Below, piece after piece: positions 1 through 10,820 of a stretch of 64,000 nt of DNA. How positions within the stretch are numbered: the first letter of the stretch is position 1; every line of letters begins with the position of its first letter. Both the position numbers and the translations under genes were made by a program. The notes under the pieces were generated by a model. The model had not been told where the DNA came from and ran no database searches. It saw only the letters and a list, made by a program, of their open reading frames with translations. The stretch covers positions 9,586 to 73,585 of the forward strand of contig JAWSUX010000015.1 of assembly GCA_033852215.1 (NCBI GenBank), written 5' to 3'. This DNA comes from Colwellia sp. GTDB lineage: Bacteria; Pseudomonadota; Gammaproteobacteria; Enterobacterales; Alteromonadaceae.

Positions 1-1292
1 TTACTGGCGACCTTTATCGGTATGTGAGTTCAACTAATGCAGAGCTTGCACGGTTTTTTGATTCGTTGCGCTACGATGATTTTAATCAGTGTTTTGAACC
101 TATCGAAAAAAGTGGTCGATTGTTGAGCGGAAATGGTGGAGCACACTTCGATACGCTGTTGAAGACATTTAACGAATTGACGAAAAAAATTAGAGCCTCT
201 CGGCAGGATCAAGAAGAAAGTCTGCGCCACCTTAAATCACTAACCGAGCATCTACCAATTCCCTTACTTTCTTTGTATGCGGATGGTCGTATTCAATTGC
301 AAAATAATGCCGCTCGCCGGTTATTTGGCCGTGTGAACGTGAATAAAATTGAAGATCTACATGTGTTTGGCCAAGTCTTTGGTGATTCAATTAGTGAATT
401 AGAACCGGGGAATCGACGCCTGGTTAACTTTTATTATGACGGTGTACAGCGTCAGCTCGCTGTGGCAGTTACACATATTCAAACACATGCTCGTTCCGGT
501 ACTATCGGAGAAAAACTGATTAGCCTGCAGGATATTCAAAGTGAGTTAGATAGCGTCCAGTTGCAAGCATGGCAAGACCTTGTGCGTGTTTTAACCCATG
601 AAATAATGAATAGTATTACTCCTGTGGCCTCTTTGGCTAAAACAGCAGTCGAGTTAGTGGAAGATGTGAAAACTAAGCTAAAAGACAAGCTCAGTGTCAA
701 AGCAATAGAAGAAGACCTAGAGGATGTGCAGAGTGCTGTATCAACCGTCGCTCGTCGCTCGGATGGCTTAATGCAGTTTGTGCAAAGTTACCGCAGTCTT
801 ACTGTGTTAGCGGTTCCCAAAAAACAGTCGGTATTACTTTGTGAAATTTTCGAACGCGTAAAAATATTGTTTGCGGTTGAGTGGGGAAAAAGCGGAATCA
901 CGTTTTCCGTTAATGCTGATCCATCTGACCTACAAGTTCATGCCGACCCAGGAATGCTGGAACAAGTATTCATTAACCTTTTGCATAATGCCGAGCAGGC
1001 TATCGTGAATGCGAATCCTAAAATTCTCAATCCTAATGTTTGCTTATCGGCTCGGCTGAATCGTATGGGTTACGTGCTCGTGGAGATTTCGGATAACGGG
1101 CCGGGTATTCCCGATAAAATCATGAATGAAGTATTTGTTCCTTTTTTCACAACTAAACGTGAAGGTTCAGGTGTAGGTTTAGCGTTAACGCGTCAGATTA
1201 TGATTGCCCATGGCGGGAGTGTGTCAGTGGGTGTAGCGAATGAGTCGGCGGAGGTTGGTCGGCGCGGCGCTAAATTTATGTTGATATTTTGA
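1..1292 (+). CDS. Sensor histidine kinase (NtrY-like, PAS-HisKA-HATPase), 5'-truncated by the window edge
   Basis: H-box LTHEIMNSITP, N-box NLLHNA, DNGPGI, FFTTK, GSGVGL. The frame is open back to position 3, so the true start lies upstream. Confidence 0.9.
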   Translation, partial: TGDLYRYVSSTNAELARFFDSLRYDDFNQCFEPIEKSGRLLSGNGGAHFDTLLKTFNELTKKIRASRQDQEESLRHLKSLTEHLPIPLLSLYADGRIQLQNNAARRLFGRVNVNKIEDLHVFGQVFGDSISELEPGNRRLVNFYYDGVQRQLAVAVTHIQTHARSGTIGEKLISLQDIQSELDSVQLQAWQDLVRVLTHEIMNSITPVASLAKTAVELVEDVKTKLKDKLSVKAIEEDLEDVQSAVSTVARRSDGLMQFVQSYRSLTVLAVPKKQSVLLCEIFERVKILFAVEWGKSGITFSVNADPSDLQVHADPGMLEQVFINLLHNAEQAIVNANPKILNPNVCLSARLNRMGYVLVEISDNGPGIPDKIMNEVFVPFFTTKREGSGVGLALTRQIMIAHGGSVSVGVANESAEVGRRGAKFMLIF

Positions 1293-1301
1293 TTCGAGGC
1301 G

Positions 1302-2405
1302 TTAAACTTCGTTCGAATTTATTATCTTCACCGGCAATCGCTGCGCTCCCCAAACCCCTGGTTCATCCATAAACAAACCCGCAATTTTTTCAGCACAATT
1401 TTTACAATTACCGGCCTGATTAATTCCCCATTTTCCCAGTTCATACCAGTCGCGTTCAATTAAACATTCGCCGCAATTATGGCACCAAGTGCTTCCGCCT
1501 TCAGTGTCGTGAACATTCCCAGTGTAAACATAATGTAAACCGTATTGCATCGCTATATTTCGCGCTCGGGTTAATGTGTCAGGCGGAGTAGGTGGTACGT
1601 CGCGCATTTTCCAGTCGGGGTGAAAGGCACTGAAATGTAGGGGTACGTCGGGGCCAAGGGTTTTCGCGATCCATTCACTTAGTGCATGGAGTTCTTTGTT
1701 ACTGTCGTTTTTATTGGGAATCAGAAGTGTTGTAAGCTCTAGCCAGGTGTCTGTTTCGTGGTGTACGTATTCAATGGTTTCTAATACGTCTTTTAAATGC
1801 GCGCCACAGATTTTATGGTAAAACTGTTCATCAAATGATTTTAAGTCGATATTAGCGGCGTCTATATGACGATAGAAATCCTCTCGGGGTTTTTCACACA
1901 TATATCCGGCGGTCACCGCAACGGTTTTAACATCTACTTCGTGGCATGCAATTGCAGTGTCGATCGCGTATTCCAAAAAAATGGCGGGATCGTTATAGGT
2001 AAAGGCTACGCTTTTGCAATGAAAGCGCAGGGCGGCTTGGGCCAGCGCTTCTGGTGATGCTGTATCTGCAAGGGTATCCATTTCTCGTGACTTGCTCATA
2101 TCCCAGTTTTGACAAAATTTACAGGCTAAATTACAGCCCGCAGTGCCAAATGAGAGAGCGGGAGTGCCGGGTAAAAAATGATTGAGAGGTTTTTTCTCGA
2201 TAGGGTCGATGCAGAAGCCACTGGAACGTCCATAGCTATAGAGCGAAATGCCATCCTCTTCACGTCCGCGTACGTAGCATAAACCCCGTTAATGAGGGTG
2301 TAGCTTGCAGGCTCGGGGGCATACATCGCACTGCACACGGCCATCTTCTAATGAATGCCAATATTCAGTTGGGTATGCATTCTCAAACATATTTGATTTC
2401 GGCAT
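1302..2405 (-). pseudogene. amrS: AmmeMemoRadiSam radical SAM enzyme interrupted by an in-frame TAA at 2289-2291
   Basis: Manual translation upstream of the 2099 ORF, same frame: M(2405)...RVQCDVCPRACKLHPH*RGLCYVR...DPIEKKPLNHFLPG...GTAGCNLACKFCQNWD-MSKSR. CxxxCxxC motif intact; adjacent to amrB/amrA. Confidence 0.88.
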
Positions 2406-2723
2406 AACGAAAATTAACCTAGGGAACTATCACGGTTGCTTAATGAAAACGTTGGCGCTGGTAACTGTGCCTACGTACGGTCACAATTATGAAATAAATC
2501 ACAATGAAAAGCCTAATATTTATATAGCCCAAGGACGAACGTGGATACAACGGTTTACGATAAGCATATTTGAAATCGACAGATAACCCGAAGGCTTCCA
2601 TTGCTACAATAGAGGCGAAACTCCCAGTTATTCTGAGCTGTTTTAGGGCTATTTGGAGTTGGTTGGAATTGTTTAGTGCTATATAGGTTGGACCAATATC
2701 AGTTAAAAATATGTGGAGTGGCT

Positions 2724-3503
2724 ATGACTACACGACAGCCGGAAGTTTGTGGGTCGTTCTACCCTGAGCAGGCGAAAGAACTAGAAAGCAGTGTAGGCGG
2801 CATGCTACGTGCTGCAACAGCGAGGACAAAAAATCCCAAAGCGTTAATCGCACCCCATGCGGATTATATGTATTCTGGCGAAATTGCGGCATCCGCTTAT
2901 CGCTGTCTGGAAGCGTCCAGCGCATCGATTAAGCGAGTGGTTTTGCTAGGCCCTTCCCATTGTGTAGCTTTTCGCGGAATTGCTACACCGGGGTGCGATG
3001 CATTTCTGACGCCGCTCGGAAGTGTGTCTCTCGATCAAAACGTTATTCAGGAAATTGAACAGCACCCCGACGTTATGCCCAATCCTGTTGCGCATGAAAA
3101 AGAACATTGTCTCGAAGTTCACCTACCATTTTTACAAACGGTCTTAAGCGATTTTTCAATTGTTCCGCTTGTTGTGGGGGACGTTAGCGCGCCAATCGTG
3201 GCTGGCTTGATCGAAACGCTTTGGCAAGACGACGAAACCTTTATTATCGTCAGTACTGACTTGAGTCACTTTTTACCCTACGAAAAAGCACAAATAAAAG
3301 ATAAAGAAACGAATGAATATATCGTGGCGCTAAACGCTCAGCTTGATGGCGAACAAGCTTGTGGTAGTCGACCATTAAATGGTTTTTTGCAAACCTGCCA
3401 AAAGAAACAGCTGACGATTACCAATGTTGATTTGCGGAACTCGGGCGATACAGCCGGTAGCAAAGATAGGGTAGTGGGGTATGGTGCCTATGTCGTACAT
3501 TAA
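2724..3503 (+). CDS. amrB: AmmeMemoRadiSam protein B (MEMO1 family)
   Basis: RQPEVCGSFYP, APHADYMYSG, LGPSH, EHCLEVHLPFLQ, STDLSHF, VVGYGA. ATG 2724 follows GGAG. Confidence 0.92.
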   Translation: MTTRQPEVCGSFYPEQAKELESSVGGMLRAATARTKNPKALIAPHADYMYSGEIAASAYRCLEASSASIKRVVLLGPSHCVAFRGIATPGCDAFLTPLGSVSLDQNVIQEIEQHPDVMPNPVAHEKEHCLEVHLPFLQTVLSDFSIVPLVVGDVSAPIVAGLIETLWQDDETFIIVSTDLSHFLPYEKAQIKDKETNEYIVALNAQLDGEQACGSRPLNGFLQTCQKKQLTITNVDLRNSGDTAGSKDRVVGYGAYVVH

Positions 3504-4131
3504 GCTTTCGAATAACGCGACAGATAAACCGCCTAGCAAGTTCTCAAGCAAGCTTTCGCACAAACTTTCACACAAACTTTCAAAAGAAGGGCAAGCGCAA
3601 TTGCTCCAAATTGCACGTCGTGCTATTGCAGGCCACTTCGATTCAGTACCTTTGAATATTGATATTGCACAGGTCCCAGAAGAGCTTGCTCGTGATGGTG
3701 CGAGTTTCGTTACGTTGTTAGATAGTAAAAAGGAATTGCGGGGTTGCATTGGTACACTTGAAGCTCATCAAAGTACAATTGTTGACGTGGCTGAACATGC
3801 AGTAGCCGCTGCTTTCCGAGACTACCGATTCCCTGGCCTCACTAAAGATGAATTTCAGCATTGCTCGATCAGCATATCGTTACTTACGCCGCGCGAACCT
3901 ATCCCAGTAACGTGTGAGGAGGAGCTCTTAAACGAGATGCAGCCAGATATAGGCGGGATTATTATCAAAGACGGGAACCGCCAGGCGACGTTTTTACCAA
4001 AAGTGTGGGAACAGATTTCGGAGAAGGAGGAGTTTTTACGTCATTTAAAAAGCAAAGCAGGATTTCTCAAGGATGAATGGCCAGCGACAATGCAATGCTG
4101 GCGATATCGCTGTATTGAATTTTCGGAATAA
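3490..4131 (+). CDS. amrA: AmmeMemoRadiSam protein A (AMMECR1 family)
   Basis: ASFVTL, LRGCIG, AAFRDYRF, ATFLPKVW, LKSKAG. Overlaps the amrB stop; start uncertain (3481 or 3490). Confidence 0.92.
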   Translation: MSYIKLSNNATDKPPSKFSSKLSHKLSHKLSKEGQAQLLQIARRAIAGHFDSVPLNIDIAQVPEELARDGASFVTLLDSKKELRGCIGTLEAHQSTIVDVAEHAVAAAFRDYRFPGLTKDEFQHCSISISLLTPREPIPVTCEEELLNEMQPDIGGIIIKDGNRQATFLPKVWEQISEKEEFLRHLKSKAGFLKDEWPATMQCWRYRCIEFSE

Positions 4132-4202
4132 TCTTTTACGAAGTACATGGCTGGTATTTATCTCGTTCTCGTTATTATTCAGAGAACGAGATAATACTCA
4201 AT

Positions 4203-4865
4203 TTATCCTATACAAAGTCGCCAGCCGCAAAAGGCTGATACAGCAAGCGTATAGACGCCTAATAATAGAACGTTGATGGGTTTACCTGAGAGTTTAGGTG
4301 TTTTGATCTGTGACACGTTCAATGCTGCAAGCGTTAGGCAAACGCAATAAAGAATGATCGTAAAGGTTTCGTGGCTAAATAGACTTTCAAACATAAGGAC
4401 GAAAACAAGTAGCAAGCTATTGTTGTCGAGCGCCAAGCCGGTATATTTAGTACCGCCTGCGAGGCCGTAGGTACTGAAATAGCTCAAGCGTATTGCAGCT
4501 GCAGCGATCGTTAAAAAAGCACCGATTAAAAATACAGGTTTGAACTCTCCATAACTCATAAGCAGGACTGCAGGTGTGACCCCGTAGCTCACAATGTCTA
4601 TTAGTACGTCCAATTGACCGCCAAAGGTCGAGTATTCACCCGCTCGCCCTTTCATTTTTCGGGCGATGAGGCCATCGACCCAATCGAAAGCAATGGCCCA
4701 GACCATGCCGATCATCGCTGCAGAATAGATTCCAATAATACAAAAATAAATGGCAAGTAAGGTGCAGGCTAGCCCGGCTAGAGAGCACAGATTAGGAATG
4801 TCTTTGACGTAAGATAGGATTGTTGGTGGCTGTAATTCGTGAGAGGGGGAATATTCCTCTGTCAT
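4203..4865 (-). CDS. CDP-alcohol phosphatidyltransferase (PssA-like)
   Basis: Signature DxxDGxxAR...GxxLDxxxD (DWVDGLIAR...GGQLDVLID); several TM segments. Confidence 0.9.
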   Translation of the reverse strand: MTEEYSPSHELQPPTILSYVKDIPNLCSLAGLACTLLAIYFCIIGIYSAAMIGMVWAIAFDWVDGLIARKMKGRAGEYSTFGGQLDVLIDIVSYGVTPAVLLMSYGEFKPVFLIGAFLTIAAAAIRLSYFSTYGLAGGTKYTGLALDNNSLLLVFVLMFESLFSHETFTIILYCVCLTLAALNVSQIKTPKLSGKPINVLLLGVYTLAVSAFCGWRLCIG

Positions 4866-5010
4866 TAGGTTTCCTTTCTTAGGGTTGTCGCATAAATGAA
4901 GAAAAAACGACCAAACGCTCAGCTTTGGCGCGAAAATAGTGCTATGGAGGAGGTCTTAGATCTGTATAGTAGCGCCCCAATCGACCCCAATCAAAGGAAA
5001 AGTTCAGATA

Positions 5011-5481
5011 ATGATCGTATACACCGTAGGTACATTTGACTTATTGCATGTTGGCCATCTTGCTTTGCTAGAGCAGTGCAAGGCATTAGGCGATGTGGTT
5101 GCAGTAGGTGTTGCTTCGGATGCGGTTGTTAACAGCTACAAACCTCGAGTTCCTGTTGTTCCTTTGGATGAGCGAGTAGAGATGTTGCGGGCCTTACGAT
5201 GTATCGATATTGTTCGGCCTTATCATGAGCTGGAGTATGTTTCCGCCTGTAAAGAATTGAACGTGGACATCTTCGTTATTGGTGAAGATTGGGGCGATAA
5301 GCCTCACAATATCGCGGTTGAGGAATATCTAAAGTCAGAGGGCAAGCAGATTGTTCAGGTGAATTACAACTCCAGAACATCGTCTACTAAAATCAAACAA
5401 CGTGTTGTTGATCAACGTAGTGATACTGTTCTTGTTCCTGATCGTGTTATTCGCAATATGCTGGGCGATCACTACCAATAA
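5011..5481 (+). CDS. Cytidylyltransferase-like protein (TagD / glycerol-3-phosphate cytidylyltransferase family)
   Basis: GTFDLLHVGH (HxGH), GEDW, SSTKIK. Confidence 0.88.
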   Translation: MIVYTVGTFDLLHVGHLALLEQCKALGDVVAVGVASDAVVNSYKPRVPVVPLDERVEMLRALRCIDIVRPYHELEYVSACKELNVDIFVIGEDWGDKPHNIAVEEYLKSEGKQIVQVNYNSRTSSTKIKQRVVDQRSDTVLVPDRVIRNMLGDHYQ

Positions 5482-6098
5482 AATTACTGTCACATTGGCT
5501 GTTCCCATTGCTCTGACCCCAAGGCTTGTGATCTAGCAAGCCTTGGTTAATTTGGTGGTGATTTTGACGGTATTTTGATTTGTTTTTGGATGCTTCTTTG
5601 GCTAACTGCGCTTGCGCTAGAGGCAATCGAGACGCGATTTTTGTTTCCGATCTGCAGCAATGAGTATGAAAATCCAACAGGTAACCCTACAAACTACAAA
5701 ATTGTTATTAAATTTGTAGGCTATGTTCGTGAGCTGACTTTCTCCAGGCTGCGAGAAGTGCTGTCGAATCTCCTCTAATGCCCGAAGCACCAGGATCTGC
5801 TTCTATCCAAGGTTTGGACGGAGGTGGAAATTAGGCGTATTGAACTCGAAGTGCTTTGTAATAAAATCCACTTTCTTGTGGTACTGAAAGGTAATATTTG
5901 TGAGCGCTTTATGGCTAGAATATTCGTGACAATATAAAATTTATTACTTTATGTTGCTGCTATGTCCAAAGAGTATGCTTTCAGTCAAAAAACAAGACCT
6001 TTGATGTTCTTAGCCCTAATCTTTTAATCACAGCTCATTTTGAAGGGATCTTGAACCGTTGCTGCAGCCCCACAACTTTTTTTAACAGTCGGTGAGCT

Positions 6099-6305
6099 TT
6101 AATGTTTTCTTTCTGGGGGAACGTCTTGTTGGCTGAGGGCGGTCTTCTTAACGATGACCCTTGCTAGCGCTTGGTATGGGCAGTCTGCGTTAAAAGCTAC
6201 GCCGCCAACGGGTTTCCACCCTTTACCTAATAATTCACCAACTTTTTCTTCTAGTTGGGCGATTCCTTCTGGGCCGCTTACAACTTTATATTCGGTTTTC
6301 TTCAT
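6099..6305 (-). CDS. Small DUF1737-like protein
   Basis: YKVV...LEEKVGELLGKGWKPVGGV...YQAL pattern. Confidence 0.65.
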   Translation of the reverse strand: MKKTEYKVVSGPEGIAQLEEKVGELLGKGWKPVGGVAFNADCPYQALARVIVKKTALSQQDVPPERKH

Positions 6306-6392
6306 GTGGAAATCTATTGTTATTGTTCAATCAAATAGTAGCAGGAACGCCGCTAATAAGCTGCCCCCAGATCAACTGCTGCTGGATAATCC

Positions 6393-6881
6393 TTACGTTG
6401 GAGTACTGGGATCAATGGCTTTCCGCATATGAGTGCCCGTTGCCTCGAACCCAAGTTGAGCATACAGCGCTTGAGCGGCATTATTTTTTCTGAATACGTG
6501 CAGCCTTATGTCGTAAACACCAAAATCTTGCAAAGTTCGTTCAAGTGCTTTGAAGGTTTCCTTTGCGAAGCCTTTTCGACGAAATTCGGCTCTTATTTCG
6601 ATGTCGCTGATAAAGGCGAAGGTGTGGCCGTATTGCTCCATAACAGTGAACCACATATAGCCAATCGTTTGATCAAGGCCTGAGAGCCTGATTAAACGCC
6701 AGTAAATAGTCAAGTTGTGGTTTTCTTTGTCTATAGCCTCCATGGTATCTGCTTCAGCCTTTTGGCGTGCAGCGTTTTCTGACCAAAAGCCAGTTTCGAT
6801 AAGTTCTTCAGCGTAGTGGGAGATGGTTTCAGCAAGGTGGGCGTCGATTTCTGGCTGAGACATTGGCGTTAGGTTTATCAT
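6393..6881 (-). CDS. GNAT family N-acetyltransferase
   Basis: FRRKGFAK acetyl-CoA motif; LHVFRKNNAAQALYAQLGF. Confidence 0.88.
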   Translation of the reverse strand: MINLTPMSQPEIDAHLAETISHYAEELIETGFWSENAARQKAEADTMEAIDKENHNLTIYWRLIRLSGLDQTIGYMWFTVMEQYGHTFAFISDIEIRAEFRRKGFAKETFKALERTLQDFGVYDIRLHVFRKNNAAQALYAQLGFEATGTHMRKAIDPSTPT

Positions 6882-7397
6882 GGCGTCCGTTCTCTGTGTT
6901 ATTTAGTGTTTGTATATTGTTGGGGGAAAAGCCAGATCTTAGCTTCGTATATCGTGAGTGCAGGGTAAGGCCGGCTTATTTATCCTTACTTAATTAGAAC
7001 TTTCTGCGCTCATATTTTTCGTGGTTCAGGGTCAATTCAGACATGTTAGCACTAATAAGTGCTGAGATTAAAAGATTGCTCTGAGGATATAGCCAGGAGT
7101 GATTCGTTGAAAATAATCTGGCGCATAAAGACCTGGGTGTGCCATAAGAATAATGCGTAAACCCTAAATATTCTTGGGGGAAATAAATTATGTGGAATTT
7201 GTCGCAAGAGGTTTTTCCTCTCAAAGAAGAGGCTCGGTTACACTGCAGGGTCGTATGAAATAATTTAATATTGAGTTAAGCCAAACACGTTCATATTGAA
7301 AAGGGTCTTAGTCGTTATCCTATTGTTCAGTGTGAAAACGTATTTTTCGGATTCCATTTTTCAACCTTCCATGTAGCACTTTCCCGAGAAGAAGTTT

Positions 7398-8129
7398 CTA
7401 GTTGTTTGATTCCCGCAATGTCTTTAGATAGAGAATTAGTGATTGAATATCTGCGTACGTTAGCTGATCTCCCCATGGGGGCATATGCTCTGAACGTCCA
7501 ACATTTTTACCGCCGAGATTAATAATATTGTATATGTACTCATCTGATTTTTTACTTGTGGATAGGTTGGATGGCGGAGGGTTTTTGAGAATAGCGGCCA
7601 TTCGTCCATCTCCCAAGCCGGATTTTCCATGACATAATACACACCGAGTAGAAAAGAGATTTTTTCCCGCTGTAAAACTGGGTTTTAACTTAATGTATTC
7701 TGTCTGGAGTAATGCCGATGAATTTCTGACATTGTGACGCATTAGTTGAATCAGATCGATTAGAGCGTCGACTTCAGGTCCTGTGAGTTCTTCACCAAAA
7801 GGGGGCATAAAAGATGAAAGTTCACCAACCGTGCCACCAAAAAAAATTGCTTTTCGAATACTTTTTCGGCTTTTTGCTTTGATCCCAGCTAAAAGATTAG
7901 CTTCTGGGTAAGCCTCTATTTTTATTGCTAAAAAGCCATCACCATACCCTTCTAGTCCGTGGCATAACATACAGCGCTCGATGTATAGTTTCGGGCCGTT
8001 AATTGTTTTTGATTGATGCTCTTGGTTCTTCGTAGGGTTTAGGGGGGCTGAGGGAGGGGCGCTAGATACGTGCTGACTACCGGTAATTAGCAACAGCACC
8101 GAAACGATCGACAACAGATTTATTTTCAT
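7398..8129 (-). CDS. Periplasmic diheme c-type cytochrome
   Basis: Signal peptide; two CxxCH motifs (CMLCH, CVLCH), each followed by an MPP motif; internally duplicated domain. Confidence 0.9.
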   Translation of the reverse strand: MKINLLSIVSVLLLITGSQHVSSAPPSAPLNPTKNQEHQSKTINGPKLYIERCMLCHGLEGYGDGFLAIKIEAYPEANLLAGIKAKSRKSIRKAIFFGGTVGELSSFMPPFGEELTGPEVDALIDLIQLMRHNVRNSSALLQTEYIKLKPSFTAGKNLFSTRCVLCHGKSGLGDGRMAAILKNPPPSNLSTSKKSDEYIYNIINLGGKNVGRSEHMPPWGDQLTYADIQSLILYLKTLRESNN

Positions 8130-8930
8130 CGTGATAGGCGCAGGTAGAAGTGTTGATTGGTTAGTCTAGGTGTTTTTGTCATAAATCCACGATGGTTGTA
8201 TCGAACAGTATTTGTTTTGCCTGTCGCTGACGCCGTAATATTATTGTTTGGGCATGAACGACATGAATAGATGCTCTTCTGTTATTTCAGGAAATCTCTA
8301 GTTATCGCTATTTTTCATGGTCCGGCGACTGTATTGCGTAGTGATAATTTCAAGTTTATGGCGTAACTTTCCAAAAATAAAAAGGTCCGAATTCTGGTTC
8401 GGTCACTCATTAAGCTTAGATGGTTTTTGATTAATGGATAATAATTGAAATATTAAAGCTTAGATTGAATCTGTATAAAAAATCGTTAACATATACCTGC
8501 ACGATCATTAAAGGCCGGTATTTCACAATCTATTGATAGAGTGTAATTGCTCAAATGAGGTGATGCTATGGGAGGGCTGTGAGCAAAGTGCCTTGCTGTT
8601 ATTCTTTGGCGCTTTATGTGTTTCCAATACGCAGGTCAATACTGAAGAGGTTTGTCTTAACTCGTGCCGTAGTATGTGGTGAGCTTGATCACTATTCTTG
8701 ATGCTTATGAAGCCATAATAATGATTAAGGTGTGCTTCTTTCAGATTCTTTGTCGTCATGTGCTAAATTAATTGGAGTCAGGCGATTATTACTCAAATTT
8801 ACTGTGGTTAGATGAACGCTAGTGGCGTGTTTTACGTTGTTTTTGGCAGCGTGATGTCGTAAATATTAATCTGACCCTAGTTGATTTTTCACTTGACGCA
8901 ATTAACTTATCGAAGTTGTGGGGTGCTTTT

Positions 8931-9347
8931 ATGGCGGGGCCAGAAGAAATAATAGAGACTGTGTTAGAAGAAATTATCGAAGCTGAGTTAGAAGAAATTC
9001 TTGAAGACGAGTCGGTCGAAACGGTAATGATGATCACCAAAGGATCGGGGCAGGGTTATGTTTGTACGAAGAATTTGGAAAAGCAGATTGAGGAAAATGG
9101 CGGGACATTTTCGATGGATTTTTACGAGGATCCCATCGAACAAAAACCAACCAAACTGGAATTTCGATTTCTAAACGGTTTGCCAAAACGAAAAATCATC
9201 ATGAACTTCACCAAAGGATGCCCGCAAGAGACTGCATTTATTAGTGATGAAATTAAAGAGTATAATGGTGAATTCGTTATGACCTTCTCTCTTAATTCAC
9301 CACCGGGTGTTCAATTAAATAAGATTGACTTCACGTTCGAAGATTAA
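8931..9347 (+). CDS. Hypothetical acidic protein
   Basis: ORF of ~138 aa with protein-like composition; no recognised motif. Confidence 0.6.
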   Translation: MAGPEEIIETVLEEIIEAELEEILEDESVETVMMITKGSGQGYVCTKNLEKQIEENGGTFSMDFYEDPIEQKPTKLEFRFLNGLPKRKIIMNFTKGCPQETAFISDEIKEYNGEFVMTFSLNSPPGVQLNKIDFTFED

Positions 9348-9574
9348 AAAGTCAGCGGTAAAATTAAGTGAGGGGAAGGTGAGTATTAATCAAAACGTCA
9401 TTGCCTGTATTCTCAGCATGATAGATTAACGCTTATCTGAACCCACTTAACCTTAATTTCAGCCTCCACTGAACCCGAAATAAATGTTCATTTAGTCCCC
9501 CTCTTAATTTACGTAATTCTACGTATATTCCTCGTCCCTGTGTCAATTTAGTATGGCCGTATCCATTCTAAATT

Positions 9575-10216
9575 GTGACCGAGGTTAGTATGACCCGATT
9601 AAGAACATGCCTGTATTTTTGTGCGCTCATTGGCTTCGCCAGTCCGGTTATGTCTATTGATCTAAAAGGCATAGGTCTATCTGCCGGGGTTGGGGCAAAT
9701 TTTGCAAACACTGTAGGGGTTAATATTAGCTATTCTTTTGATCAGATAGAATTGATGACAGCTTTTGGGCGGGATGATCACTACAGTATAGGGCTGCGTT
9801 ACAACTTATTCAGGAATGCTGAGTTTTGGCAACCAAGAATTGCACTAAATTACGGTACGAATGGTGATTTGTCTATGTACGATATGGAAGATGGTTATCT
9901 TGAGTATGAGCATTCTGGTGAAGGGGGCTATTCTGAACGTGTTTGGGTTTCTAACAATGGGTATAGGCGAAGTTACAATGGACTTTCGTTAACCATCGGT
10001 ACACGCTTAGCTTTTGACCGTCGACGCCAGCAGGGCTTGGCTATAGATATTGGATACAGACTGACGGACGGGGGATACCGTGCCGATCGGCGTCGATACC
10101 TACGCAATAACTCGACTGGCGCTAATGAAGAACTGGAACTGGAAATGTATCTTTCTGAACCCTTTTTTGGTGCGTATAATTTGCAGTTTTCGCTTGGCTG
10201 GGAAATGAAATTTTAA
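9575..10216 (+). CDS. Putative outer-membrane beta-barrel protein
   Basis: Signal peptide, amphipathic strands, C-terminal LGWEMKF. The start may be ATG 9590 after GAGG. Confidence 0.65.
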   Translation: MTEVSMTRLRTCLYFCALIGFASPVMSIDLKGIGLSAGVGANFANTVGVNISYSFDQIELMTAFGRDDHYSIGLRYNLFRNAEFWQPRIALNYGTNGDLSMYDMEDGYLEYEHSGEGGYSERVWVSNNGYRRSYNGLSLTIGTRLAFDRRRQQGLAIDIGYRLTDGGYRADRRRYLRNNSTGANEELELEMYLSEPFFGAYNLQFSLGWEMKF

Positions 10217-10424
10217 TCGATTCAAGATCTGGTATGATTCTCGCAGCTTACTCTGTTAATGAGGTTGCACGATGTGTTACTTCAATTTGTTCTGCTGGTA
10301 GTAGGTACTGAATATGGTTTCTGGGTAATATATACGCGACATTAGCTGTTCTTCTGAGCCCCGTTAAATGTTGTTTGGCTCGGTTAAGTGAATGCACCCA
10401 ATAAAATGAATGGGATATTTGGAT

Positions 10425-10697
10425 ATGATTAAAGGTTTATCAATTGTGCTTCTAGTAGGTTTGGCTGGTCTTTCTGGTTGCGATAAAATTAACAATGCTA
10501 GCCGTACAATGGATACGATGTTAGGTGGTGATTACGATGTGTTTATTCAGGGGCATGAGACTGTCTACCACGTCAAAAACGGTAAGGTAACCTCGGTTCC
10601 CGAAAAAGGTTATTACGTATATTACCCAACGATCAACGGCGAAGAGTTGATGGTGCAGTCGCCCATCAATATTACTACGATCGTCAAAACGGATTAA
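10425..10697 (+). CDS. Small lipoprotein
   Basis: Lipobox LSGC after a hydrophobic stretch. Confidence 0.7.
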   Translation: MIKGLSIVLLVGLAGLSGCDKINNASRTMDTMLGGDYDVFIQGHETVYHVKNGKVTSVPEKGYYVYYPTINGEELMVQSPINITTIVKTD

Positions 10698-10820
10698 ATT
10701 GTTGTTCGTGCTACAAACACGATATCGGACATAGGCCGTGAATAGGAGAGAAGAGCTTATTCAAAAAATGTGAAGTCACCTAAGGCATTAAAGTGTTTAG
10801 GAGTTCCTGGTTGAGTAGGG

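Noticed and set aside
2126-2586. Short ORFs 2126..2344 and 2305..2586
   Set aside because: Off-frame or antisense shadows of the amrS 5' part.
5483-5499. 16/17 match to 40371-40387 (ATTwCTGTCACATTGGC)
   Set aside because: No extension; matches of this size are expected by chance in a 64-kb self-comparison.
8523-8759. 78-aa ORF (and the similar 6994..7224)
   Set aside because: No motif or convincing RBS; cannot be told from chance ORFs.
9374-9395. GGAAGGTGAGTATTAATCAAA resembling the recombinase stop region
   Set aside because: Too short, needs a gap, and is in the opposite orientation to the other relics.
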